A stretch of 64,000 bases of DNA, taken from assembly GCA_043732305.1 (NCBI GenBank), contig JAYTHU010000031.1, positions 1 through 64,000 on the forward strand. Reading direction: 5' to 3'. The stretch comes from Oligoflexia bacterium. GTDB lineage: Bacteria; Bdellovibrionota; Bdellovibrionia; JABDDW01. How positions within the stretch are numbered: the first letter of the stretch is position 1; each line of letters begins with the position of its first letter. This document shows, in pieces, positions 30,987 to 39,791 of this stretch. The position numbers were made by a program, and so were the translations under genes. The notes under the pieces were generated by a model. It was not told the DNA's origin. It worked only from the letters and a program-made list of their open reading frames with translations, and made no database searches.

Positions 30987-32899
30987 TAATTTAACTGCCC
31001 CACCGTTCTATTCAGGAGATTGTCTATGTATTTTTCGACTCCCAGCTGATAGGATTGACTGGATCTCTTGTGACCGGGCATATGCTGAAGCACGATTCTC
31101 AACAGACGAGCATGCGCACGCTTTCTAAAATTAGGAATATTATCCATGCTCAGAATTTGAATCTTACTCAGTGCTTTTACGGCAAAAAATATTATTGGAT
31201 TGAGCCTGACGTAACCATCCCCTTGGAATGGCCCATAAAATTCTTTGGGTAGAACTTTAAGTTCATCGTTGCTCCAACCTCCCGGACAGAGATCCCAGAC
31301 AGAGGTTGCTCCGTGATTTACCGATACTTCTAAAAGTTTGAAATAATCTTCTGCAACCAAACGAGTCTTAGGATCGTTCAAATAATCCCACATCAGCTTG
31401 ACTTCAAGATCTCGCGAGTCAGTGCCTTCTCCCGCAAGCTCGCCCATCCTCTGCATAAAATTAAAATCAACCATCACCGTGGGTCCCAGCATGAGGGCTT
31501 GTGTGATAATCAGGCGGGCTCGATCCGCGGTGCCCACTGGGTGCAGTTCACCCAGGAAAAGTGGAATCTGCCCGAGGACATCTCCCTGGAAAAGCCCACT
31601 GAACCGGCTGTGAATCCAATCATTCTCCATACGGTGATTGAGACGTGACATAAGAAAGTCCACGGCAAGTTTTCCTCGAGCCTTAAATATCACGTCTTTG
31701 GATTTGAGAAAGCCTTCGATTGCACGAACAATCTGCAGAAGGTCAGGTGCTCCGCCAATGTTTAAGGAAAATAATTCTATTTTCCTCATGAGACTTTCCG
31801 TCTGACCTAATTCATCAGCCAATATTTTAAATTGCCGGCTGTTTAAGGGAAGCTTCAATAAAACCTGCCACGAAGGGTATTTATCATCCCAAACAGCACT
31901 CTCCATGTTGTCTTCGCTAGCGGCTATGTTCGCTGGCTTGTCGGGTCCCGGTAAAAACTGGTCTAAATTTATATTTATATCCCAATAAGTTGATTTCAGT
32001 TCATCCCGCTCTTTCAAGATAAAATTGAGATCAATGGCCGGTGACTCCGAACCAGCGCGGATGATAGCCCTTTGAATCCCTTCTATTTGGGTTGAGCCTG
32101 CGTGGCTTGCGGACTGATCTGCTCCGATCATGATTTTTTCAATGGCGTCAGCCATCAATGTGAAATAACTCACCGATTGACCGAGCTCTTGAATCTTATT
32201 TGAAATAGCTTTCTTGACAGAATCACTTCCCGATTTCACAGGCAACCAGTCATTGGTATTCGAGAGGACAAGTTCGAGAATTTTCGTTTCATCTTCCAAA
32301 ACACTGAGCACGGTTTTTACAATTTTATATTCGGCGTTCATTTCTGAAAGCAGAACGGTCACATCAGTAGTGCATTTCTTAATGGCAGCACGGCATGCTT
32401 TCAATTTGTTCCCGGCATCTACAACCGCTCTTACCCTATCGGCTATTTTCTCGCCCGTTGTTTTGAATGAAATCAGCCCCCCCTTCCGCTTAGCACTGAG
32501 GGTATTATTTAATTGCTCGAGTAATTTCAACTCCGTGTTTGTTCCAAAAAGAAGGGTTTCCAATTCTTCCAGAGCCTTGGGCTTTGTCGTCGAACTATTA
32601 GAAATTTGTCGGAGACTCACTTCCAGCGCAAGTTCAATGATGGGTTTTAGATATTCGCTCAAACTATTTTGAATGACAAAATAACTACTGGAAAAAAAAT
32701 CACTTTTGAGAGCCGCTTCGAGCTGCTTTTGTAAAATAGAATATCTAATCTCGATCGACTCACCATTGTTTTTGACGATGCTTTCAAGAGACGCTTTGCA
32801 TGGGGGCCGGCTGAGCTCGGCACTTTTAGCGCAGGAAATCCAAAGGCACCCTGCCAGAAATGCCATTGCCAAAATAAAAGGCTTTTTGTCCCCGCTCAA
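30986..32899 (-). CDS. Exported paralogue 5 (possible lipobox LAGC)
   Basis: PCKASL, FSSSYF, KPKALEELETLLFG, ACRAAIKKC, MNAEY; TAATG overlap with the next gene. Confidence 0.8.
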   Translation of the reverse strand: MSGDKKPFILAMAFLAGCLWISCAKSAELSRPPCKASLESIVKNNGESIEIRYSILQKQLEAALKSDFFSSSYFVIQNSLSEYLKPIIELALEVSLRQISNSSTTKPKALEELETLLFGTNTELKLLEQLNNTLSAKRKGGLISFKTTGEKIADRVRAVVDAGNKLKACRAAIKKCTTDVTVLLSEMNAEYKIVKTVLSVLEDETKILELVLSNTNDWLPVKSGSDSVKKAISNKIQELGQSVSYFTLMADAIEKIMIGADQSASHAGSTQIEGIQRAIIRAGSESPAIDLNFILKERDELKSTYWDININLDQFLPGPDKPANIAASEDNMESAVWDDKYPSWQVLLKLPLNSRQFKILADELGQTESLMRKIELFSLNIGGAPDLLQIVRAIEGFLKSKDVIFKARGKLAVDFLMSRLNHRMENDWIHSRFSGLFQGDVLGQIPLFLGELHPVGTADRARLIITQALMLGPTVMVDFNFMQRMGELAGEGTDSRDLEVKLMWDYLNDPKTRLVAEDYFKLLEVSVNHGATSVWDLCPGGWSNDELKVLPKEFYGPFQGDGYVRLNPIIFFAVKALSKIQILSMDNIPNFRKRAHARLLRIVLQHMPGHKRSSQSYQLGVEKYIDNLLNRTVGQLN

Positions 32900-32916
32900 T
32901 TCTTCCCACCCTGATC

Positions 32917-34812
32917 TTATAATTTAGTTTTTGCTATATTTTCGAGCTCTGAAGTGCAGTCCGCTCCATCCATGGTTCCGCCCACACTACGACTCACTAA
33001 ATTTTGAGCTTCAATGGCCGCAGAATTGAGACGGCCCATCGCGATAAAACTCTTACTTGCTTCTATTTCCATGCGGGCTTTTTCAGAGATAATAAAGTCG
33101 GCCGTTTCCTTGATTGTCTCGGCGCTGAAGTATGCCGTGGTATTGATCTCAATGATCATGTCATTGGCGCGCGCGACTTCAACTCGCAATTGTTTCAAAC
33201 CTGCCTCTTGAGTGGCTCGCACCGCTTTGTTTGTACCTACGGCCATTTCTAAAGTGGAGTTGGTGTTTTTGATCATTTCCAAGGTGGTAAAAATAGGCAT
33301 GCCATTTCTCACGTTAGCGATGTCTTCTCTTACAAAATAAATAGTGTCTAGCTGTTTGGCCATAGCTTCACCTATGAGTTCCATAGCTGAGGCCTGACTC
33401 AAACCCGCATTGAGACGGTTTCTGAGCTTCTGGCCCACATATGAAATCACGGCTTTCTCATCTTCAAAACGTCCATTGAGATGAAATTCTTCAACGACTC
33501 TGGCGATTTCATCGTCGACGAGTTTCCCGAGAGCTACTTTCATTTTCAAATCTTGGAGGTATCCAGACATCTCATGAAGAGTCGTGATGATTTGCACGCC
33601 ACTTTCCTTCAATGTTTTAGAGTTGCTCAGCAATACATTGTCGACACTCGTGATGCCTTGGCGGTGACTCAACAGTGCCAAACGATCTTTCTTAGGTTTA
33701 ACGGCGGAAGTCAATTTTCGTTTCACGTAGCCTGGATTAGGAGCTGCCGAAAGTTTTCCATGCCATCGTTCACGTATCGTGGATTTCCCCACTTCATGCC
33801 CCATGCTCTGAAGAAGGTAAGACAAGTCCTTGATGTTTTGAAGAGATTTTAATTGGGTGTCGTTGATAGCAATATATTGTTTCGAGTTGCGATCTAAAAT
33901 CTTATTGTTATTCAAGAAGCGTGTGGCCTGCTCGGAAGAAGCACTCAACTCACTTTCTAACGTTTGCATATTTTCTTGGCGGATTTGCGTTCGCCCCTCG
34001 GGAGATAATGTTTTTTCAATAAGTTCTAGAGCCAGCTCCTTAGCTTTTTTAGTGAGAGCGTCTGCGGAAACTCTGCTCATACGAACTTCAAGAGGCTTGG
34101 TTTCGCCCTCACCATTTTTATAATCACCAAGCAAGATTGTTCGAGTTTGATTTCGAGCGTAGAAAATTTCATCCACGCCATCACGTCTGCGAGAAGCGGC
34201 GTCTATCTCCTCGATTTCAAAAAGAATGCCGTCTCCGTTGGACAAAATATCTTTCGCATACTTCAAGAGACTAGCAGCAGGAATTTGCTGAGTGAGTCCT
34301 TGCCGAAGCACATCAAAATACATTTTTAAATTTACTAGAGAATCCGCATTTAATTTTCCCGGAGCAGTGGTCGTCACTAAAGTCACGAGATCTCTTAAAC
34401 TGGGATCAGATGTCAATTGAGAGATATCAAAGGAACCAAGAGTCGCCAGAATCTCAAGTCTGATTTGGTTGACGTCAATGACTTTTGAATCTTTGGTTTC
34501 TTGAGCCACAATTGTTTGCAGGGCGGTGCTTACTGCAGGAAGTTTGTCACCAATCACGGCGATGGAAGATATCGCTTCGGGACTAAGTTTGTATTGAGTT
34601 TTTCCACTCTTAAATCTTTCTTGCAGCCGTCGAGTGATTTCCGCAATCATGCTAGTTTGCACTACCTCAGTTTGCATTGCCTCCAATTGCCCGTGTTTAT
34701 AGCTTGGCAGCTGAGTTGTAGTCACCTGACCGCCGGCAAAAGCAAGACTGCTCACCAATAAAAGGCTCAATGATTTTCCAAGAAGTTTGAGAAAAAAATT
34801 ATTCTTTTGCAT
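32917..34812 (-). CDS. Exported protein with a C-terminal TelA/toxic-anion-resistance-like coiled-coil domain
   Basis: Signal peptide (SLAFA-GG); C-half collinear by eye with the TelA pattern; only Cys in terminal DCTSEL. Confidence 0.65.
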   Translation of the reverse strand: MQKNNFFLKLLGKSLSLLLVSSLAFAGGQVTTTQLPSYKHGQLEAMQTEVVQTSMIAEITRRLQERFKSGKTQYKLSPEAISSIAVIGDKLPAVSTALQTIVAQETKDSKVIDVNQIRLEILATLGSFDISQLTSDPSLRDLVTLVTTTAPGKLNADSLVNLKMYFDVLRQGLTQQIPAASLLKYAKDILSNGDGILFEIEEIDAASRRRDGVDEIFYARNQTRTILLGDYKNGEGETKPLEVRMSRVSADALTKKAKELALELIEKTLSPEGRTQIRQENMQTLESELSASSEQATRFLNNNKILDRNSKQYIAINDTQLKSLQNIKDLSYLLQSMGHEVGKSTIRERWHGKLSAAPNPGYVKRKLTSAVKPKKDRLALLSHRQGITSVDNVLLSNSKTLKESGVQIITTLHEMSGYLQDLKMKVALGKLVDDEIARVVEEFHLNGRFEDEKAVISYVGQKLRNRLNAGLSQASAMELIGEAMAKQLDTIYFVREDIANVRNGMPIFTTLEMIKNTNSTLEMAVGTNKAVRATQEAGLKQLRVEVARANDMIIEINTTAYFSAETIKETADFIISEKARMEIEASKSFIAMGRLNSAAIEAQNLVSRSVGGTMDGADCTSELENIAKTKL

Positions 34813-34897
34813 ACTAGAAATCCCCTCCATAAAAGTACTTCATCCATCTTAACGCAATGCGTAAATAAATTTAAATTGTTTCTGCTAACCGCCACAC

Positions 34898-34913
34898 TGC
34901 AATTTCTAAGCCC
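34898..34913 (-). promoter_or_regulatory. Putative sigma54 -24/-12 promoter for the leftward six-gene operon
   Basis: Minus strand GGGCTTA-GAAA-TTGCA (GG-N10-GC). Confidence 0.5.
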
Positions 34914-34914
34914 A

Positions 34915-34930
34915 CGGAACGCAACTTGCA
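34915..34930 (+). promoter_or_regulatory. Putative sigma54 -24/-12 promoter for the rightward two-gene operon
   Basis: CGGAACG-CAAC-TTGCA (GG-N10-GC). Confidence 0.55.
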
Positions 34931-34942
34931 GTTGTTAATTTT

Positions 34943-36844
34943 ATGACCTTATTTTTTTTAAACACAGGCGGGTTCAATGATCATCGCCGTGGAAAAAGAA
35001 CTCGACCCTACCCGAAAAGCGGGAATTTTTTTCAGGAGAAAAAAAGCGGAGCCATTCTATTCGTTTTACTAACTTCGCTATGTTCGTTTCTCGTAACTGG
35101 TGCAAGTCAGGCTCAAGAAGTCACCTCATTAACCATCAGTGATGCCTGTCAGGCTATCTTGAAAACCCTAAAGGCAACGTCCAACCCGCATGAAAAAGAC
35201 TCCGTCAATTACACTCCTATCAATGATCAGCAAATCGTGGATGGAGGAAAATCAATATCCAGCGTGCTTGCTGCCGCCCTGAGGGAAGATTTTCTCTCAA
35301 GTCCCAAATACATCATGCACGAACATCTCACAGAATTTTTGGAACCTGCCATGGATTTGGCTAGAGAAGTGAGCGCAAGGCAATTGGTCGGCCAAACCAG
35401 AGAAAAACCAAAAAGCATTCTAGAGATAGAAACTCATCTTTATGGAAATAAAAGTTTAACGGCGAAGATTGAGGAAGCTGAACTGGCTCTCGACAAGCTT
35501 CAGAAAAAAAGTATTTTTCGCAAAAAAGCGACAGAGGAGGTATTTAAAATTGCGAATGAAATTTTATCCTGTCGCACTGCCATTCAATCTTGCAAGCTTG
35601 ATATCAAAGGGACTCTCATTCAACTGAACCACGAGTACCGCCTGTCCCATGCTGTTGAACTTATTTTGACCGATCACTTAAAAATCCTCGAGAATCTTCA
35701 AGGACGTCACACCGAAACATCAATTCAGACAGTGATAGAAATTAAAAAAGCGGAGTTGAATAGACTGCTGGCGATTTTCAAAGCGGTTTCTACGCAGATT
35801 GAATCAGTCATTGAAGTCGGACATACCGTGGTGAAAGATGCGGACCAGCTTTCATCCGATAGAATTTCGCAACTCGTGATCAATGCCGCCAAGCAAAGTC
35901 CTTCCTTAGATTTGACGTATCTAAATCCGGAGACTGAAGAAGAAGTACAAGAAAAACTTGATCCCGGAGTGATCTTCAAAGATCCCGCGACGGCGGCTCT
36001 GCAAAAACTGATTGACCTCACAACTTCCGATATAGGCATACGCGAAACCCTATTGAATAAAATTTATCCTCAGATCTACACACCCTCTGGATACTCTTGG
36101 ATGGTGAGGTACAAAACCCGGAAAGCCCTTGATCGAATAAAAAATCAAATTAACATTGGCGGTAAAATCAACATCTACCTTCTTCCATCAGTGATGGAGA
36201 TTCTTGTGGAATCTTTGGAAACTCTTGATGAGCCAGCACTTTTTGCGATCTTGTTAGACCCGGACATTGACCTGCCTGGGTCTCTGCCACAGCTTTTTTC
36301 AGCAATCACTCAGCACCCTAAGGCAAAGAAAATACAAAACATTTTGCCCAGTTTTTTAGCCGGCAAAACCAGTTGGACAAGGAGCCGTGATTTTAGTGAT
36401 CAGGTGACGGAGATTTCGAATTACTCCATCGGAGATCGGTCAAAACTTGATTCACTGGAGATTCTCATACGTAAATCGACGACCATATCACAAGACGAGT
36501 TTCTGCTTTTGGCAGCGAAAACTCCTTCTAACGTTCCCTGGGGCCTCCCAACCGATGTTTACCTTAAAGGAAAACTCACCGCCTATGGTTTCGCGAAGCG
36601 AGATCTGATGGCAATACACATCAAGATAGAATTTAATATCATTTTTGATGCTCTCGAAAAAGTCTCAATCAGAGATATTGAGTCAAAACAAAATTGGGAA
36701 AGGAAGGTCATTGGAATACTCACCACCCGGTTAAGGGCAGCCTATCCAGATGACAATTTTCCTAAAGAGGTGACGTTGGTTACGGCTTTGGACAATTTGC
36801 TCTTGAGAGCCATGCAATATTCCAGCAAAAGGTGTTACGAGTGA
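34943..36844 (+). CDS. Exported paralogue 6 (divergently transcribed)
   Basis: h-region ending ASQA, ACQAIL, FLSSPKY, EVSARQ, KPKSILEIETHLYG, SCRTAIQSC, LNHEY, SPSLDLTYL. Confidence 0.8.
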   Translation: MTLFFLNTGGFNDHRRGKRTRPYPKSGNFFQEKKSGAILFVLLTSLCSFLVTGASQAQEVTSLTISDACQAILKTLKATSNPHEKDSVNYTPINDQQIVDGGKSISSVLAAALREDFLSSPKYIMHEHLTEFLEPAMDLAREVSARQLVGQTREKPKSILEIETHLYGNKSLTAKIEEAELALDKLQKKSIFRKKATEEVFKIANEILSCRTAIQSCKLDIKGTLIQLNHEYRLSHAVELILTDHLKILENLQGRHTETSIQTVIEIKKAELNRLLAIFKAVSTQIESVIEVGHTVVKDADQLSSDRISQLVINAAKQSPSLDLTYLNPETEEEVQEKLDPGVIFKDPATAALQKLIDLTTSDIGIRETLLNKIYPQIYTPSGYSWMVRYKTRKALDRIKNQINIGGKINIYLLPSVMEILVESLETLDEPALFAILLDPDIDLPGSLPQLFSAITQHPKAKKIQNILPSFLAGKTSWTRSRDFSDQVTEISNYSIGDRSKLDSLEILIRKSTTISQDEFLLLAAKTPSNVPWGLPTDVYLKGKLTAYGFAKRDLMAIHIKIEFNIIFDALEKVSIRDIESKQNWERKVIGILTTRLRAAYPDDNFPKEVTLVTALDNLLLRAMQYSSKRCYE

Positions 36845-39783
36845 AACCGAAATTTTCTGCTTCCACATTTCTAATTTTCGATTTTTTAATCTTCGCAACT
36901 CTTTTAAGCTTCGGCTTATGTTCAAGCTTAGGCTTTGGCGCCGAGCTTTTACGTTTCCCTTTCCAAGACGGAAGAAAAATTCTGGTGACTCAGGGTGATT
37001 CGGGCGTTCACGTTTCTTATGTCAGAAAAATAGATTCTTCGAATACAATCAGCAGCGCAGGCAAAGAAGTGGAAATAGAATTTCTCACTTTGCCAGAGCT
37101 AACGGGTTTTTCAGTCTTTAATAATTCCGACGTTTCAAATCACATTCCGAAAGAAATCAAAGCTTATAAAGTTGTTCAATCCAAAAAGTCGAACTTTGAG
37201 TTTAAAAACTGGTTGATCCTATCGGATAAAACCCATGGCTATTTTATACGGCAACATAGTTTTTCTGGAAATAGCAAAATCCCTCTGGTGGTTTTTAAAT
37301 TCAAAATGCCAAGCGACGTCAAAATGATTTCATCAAGTTATGGGATGGGACCGGAAGGATCGCGATTTCTATATTTTATTTCTGTCGATGGAAAAACAGC
37401 CAAAACTATGGTTTTTAGTCCAGAAGAGGGAGACCAACCACTCAAATTAATTCCTCAATTTGTAGATCTTGGAAATATTCAGGAGCCGGTTTTCCAAATT
37501 GTTGGCGATGAAATCGTTTGGAAAGAACGATATCTGAAAAAATATAATTTCGACCTTCCTGAAATCAAAGACATTAAAACAGGGAATTCAAAAAACAATC
37601 CCATGGGTGATATTGAGAATTCTCAGGCGAATTTGCAAAACACCGCCCGCATGGCTCATGAAGCTGCCACGGAATTATCCAAACCTGCGAACCAAAGAAT
37701 GAAATCCGCAGAACGGACCCAGAATTTCAATCATTCTCTTGCCACACCTGATGCTGATGTTGAATACAAAGGCCTTCATTACAAAATTGAAGAGTCACTT
37801 GAAGGAGTCGAAATTGTCAGGCTCAAAGATCTTAAAAGCCTCACTGTAAGCAAAGGAAGCTATAACTCAACTCATATTTTAGATGGCGGAATACTGAAAT
37901 TTTCGGATATCTCTCGAGAAATATCTCTAGATCACTTTGATGCCGAATGTGCCTTCATGCCCACTGGAAACAATCCCCAAGAAGTAAAGTTCATGGAAGG
38001 AACTTATGAAAACTTTAGAAAGACCGGATCAATAAATCTCGTTCTTCCTGATTCGCGAAAAGAACTGGTCAGACAGGCGGTAAAACGCATGCTCGGTGAA
38101 AAGAAAAACAGCCTGCTTCTGACTGAAGGTTTTGGAGATCGAAAGTTCATTGTTCAAAATATAGTTCAGGCCTTGCCACCCACCTGGCGCGTGCTTACGC
38201 TTTCACCGGGACCACTCTCTAAAGACATCAACTACTCGGGAAAAATTCAGGAAAACGTTTCCCATATTTTGGAAGCGGCAAAGACGACGCCTCTGGTTTT
38301 GGTGGCCGAAGACTTTCATATCTACAAAGGTTTGGGATCTACTGGTGGCAATCAAACTGATGTGCTTGAACTGATCCGTGATGCGGTCTTGAGTGGCCAA
38401 CTGCGGTTGATTGCACTCTCCGGAGAGGAATTTAACGAGCGTGTTCATGATCCTGCTTGGGACCGAGCCCTTTTTAAAATTCCCCTTACTGATTTGAGTC
38501 AGGTAGAAGTTTTTGAATTCTTAAAAAATCTTTGGGCGGTAGATGGAAAAGGACTTCCACTTCCGAGCGCCAAAACTCTAAATAAAATAATCGATGTTGC
38601 GGGGAAATTCAATGTGACTGAAGAAGACCCCGCCCGCTCCGCCGATTTCATGGCTGCATACATTTCAGAATTGAGCGAGACAACGTCTCCATCCATCGAC
38701 GTGAACGATGAAGTTTCTCTTTTGAAATCAGCTAAAGATTTCTATCGACTAGATCCTTCACTGATTGATCCAAAAATTTTATTCTCTAAAGTTCAGAACT
38801 TTATTCCTAAGGTTCGCGATTACGGTCTCATGGGGCATGATCATGTGATTGCAGCGGCAAAAAAAATGATTGCAAACTCCCTTTCTGGCGCATCACTTGA
38901 TCCCGGGCCTGGATTTATTATGTACGTGGATGGTCCACCCGGCGTTGGAAAAACCGAAATGGCTAAGAGTTTTGCTTCGGCCATGGATTGGAACATCAAA
39001 AGAATTGTCATGCACCAGGCAATGACCTCAGACACTCTGCTTGAAAATCTTTATCGCGCACTGAAAAAAAATCCACACTCTCTGATTTTTCTCGACGAGA
39101 TAGAAAAAGCATCTCCCGACACTCTCAAGGGACTTCTTCAAACCATGGACAATGAGTACTTCAACGTGGATATGGAGATTGGCGACAAACAAAAACGCAC
39201 GGTGCGCGCGTCTACTAAACATGCGAAGTTTATGCTCGCTGGAAATGTACTGGGCGAAGCAATCTCCCATTGGTGGCATGATCATCCGGAATATATTAAC
39301 TCTCTCACACCACCTCATATGCAATTCATAAAGGACATGGGCGGCGAAGAACGTTTGCGGCAACTATTGATTCAAGAAGGTCTTCCGTCCCCGCTCATTG
39401 ATAGGGCCTACGTGACTTATGCTTTTCCGCCGACACGAGAACAGATAAAAGGTTTCCTCACTTTTAAGATCAACCTGATGATAAAAATATTTGAAAAAAA
39501 CAATGATCGAAAATTAGTCTTCACTGGTCTTGAAAAATACATTGAAGATGTGACTGATTTTGCTATTCGGGAAAAGCTTGGACCAAGATCCATTTTGCGC
39601 GCCACCACGGGCTCTAATGGAGATTTCGCAAGCATTCTGGCAAACCTTGCAAGCACGTACGCTGCGGCACCGGGGAGTCATGACGGGCCGGTGAAGCTTC
39701 GATTCGATGAAAAAAGAACGGATCCCACCCACGACTGCCAAAATATTTTGGCAGAAATGGAAAATGAGATCCGAGAAAACTAA
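36841..39783 (+). CDS. ClpA/ClpV-like two-ring AAA+ ATPase with N-terminal signal sequence, degenerate D1 and intact D2
   Basis: D2 GPPGVGKTE (from 38932) and IFLDEIEKA; D1 remnants KNSLLLTEGFGDRK, AEDFH, DPAWDR; GTGA overlap with paralogue 6; terminal DCQNIL. Confidence 0.8.
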   Translation: MKPKFSASTFLIFDFLIFATLLSFGLCSSLGFGAELLRFPFQDGRKILVTQGDSGVHVSYVRKIDSSNTISSAGKEVEIEFLTLPELTGFSVFNNSDVSNHIPKEIKAYKVVQSKKSNFEFKNWLILSDKTHGYFIRQHSFSGNSKIPLVVFKFKMPSDVKMISSSYGMGPEGSRFLYFISVDGKTAKTMVFSPEEGDQPLKLIPQFVDLGNIQEPVFQIVGDEIVWKERYLKKYNFDLPEIKDIKTGNSKNNPMGDIENSQANLQNTARMAHEAATELSKPANQRMKSAERTQNFNHSLATPDADVEYKGLHYKIEESLEGVEIVRLKDLKSLTVSKGSYNSTHILDGGILKFSDISREISLDHFDAECAFMPTGNNPQEVKFMEGTYENFRKTGSINLVLPDSRKELVRQAVKRMLGEKKNSLLLTEGFGDRKFIVQNIVQALPPTWRVLTLSPGPLSKDINYSGKIQENVSHILEAAKTTPLVLVAEDFHIYKGLGSTGGNQTDVLELIRDAVLSGQLRLIALSGEEFNERVHDPAWDRALFKIPLTDLSQVEVFEFLKNLWAVDGKGLPLPSAKTLNKIIDVAGKFNVTEEDPARSADFMAAYISELSETTSPSIDVNDEVSLLKSAKDFYRLDPSLIDPKILFSKVQNFIPKVRDYGLMGHDHVIAAAKKMIANSLSGASLDPGPGFIMYVDGPPGVGKTEMAKSFASAMDWNIKRIVMHQAMTSDTLLENLYRALKKNPHSLIFLDEIEKASPDTLKGLLQTMDNEYFNVDMEIGDKQKRTVRASTKHAKFMLAGNVLGEAISHWWHDHPEYINSLTPPHMQFIKDMGGEERLRQLLIQEGLPSPLIDRAYVTYAFPPTREQIKGFLTFKINLMIKIFEKNNDRKLVFTGLEKYIEDVTDFAIREKLGPRSILRATTGSNGDFASILANLASTYAAAPGSHDGPVKLRFDEKRTDPTHDCQNILAEMENEIREN

Positions 39784-39791
39784 ACCTTAAA

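Noticed and set aside
34978..35050. Alternative ATG whose frame could slip at the A7 run into paralogue 6
   Set aside because: The annotated frame is already open from 34943; no evidence that a frameshift is needed
24488..39783. Reading the array as a T6SS (ClpV) locus, a known anti-phage system or a toxin-immunity array
   Set aside because: No sheath, Hcp, VgrG or baseplate genes, no small immunity ORFs between paralogues, no recognisable nuclease/TIR/SIR2 effector motifs, and all members carry export signals
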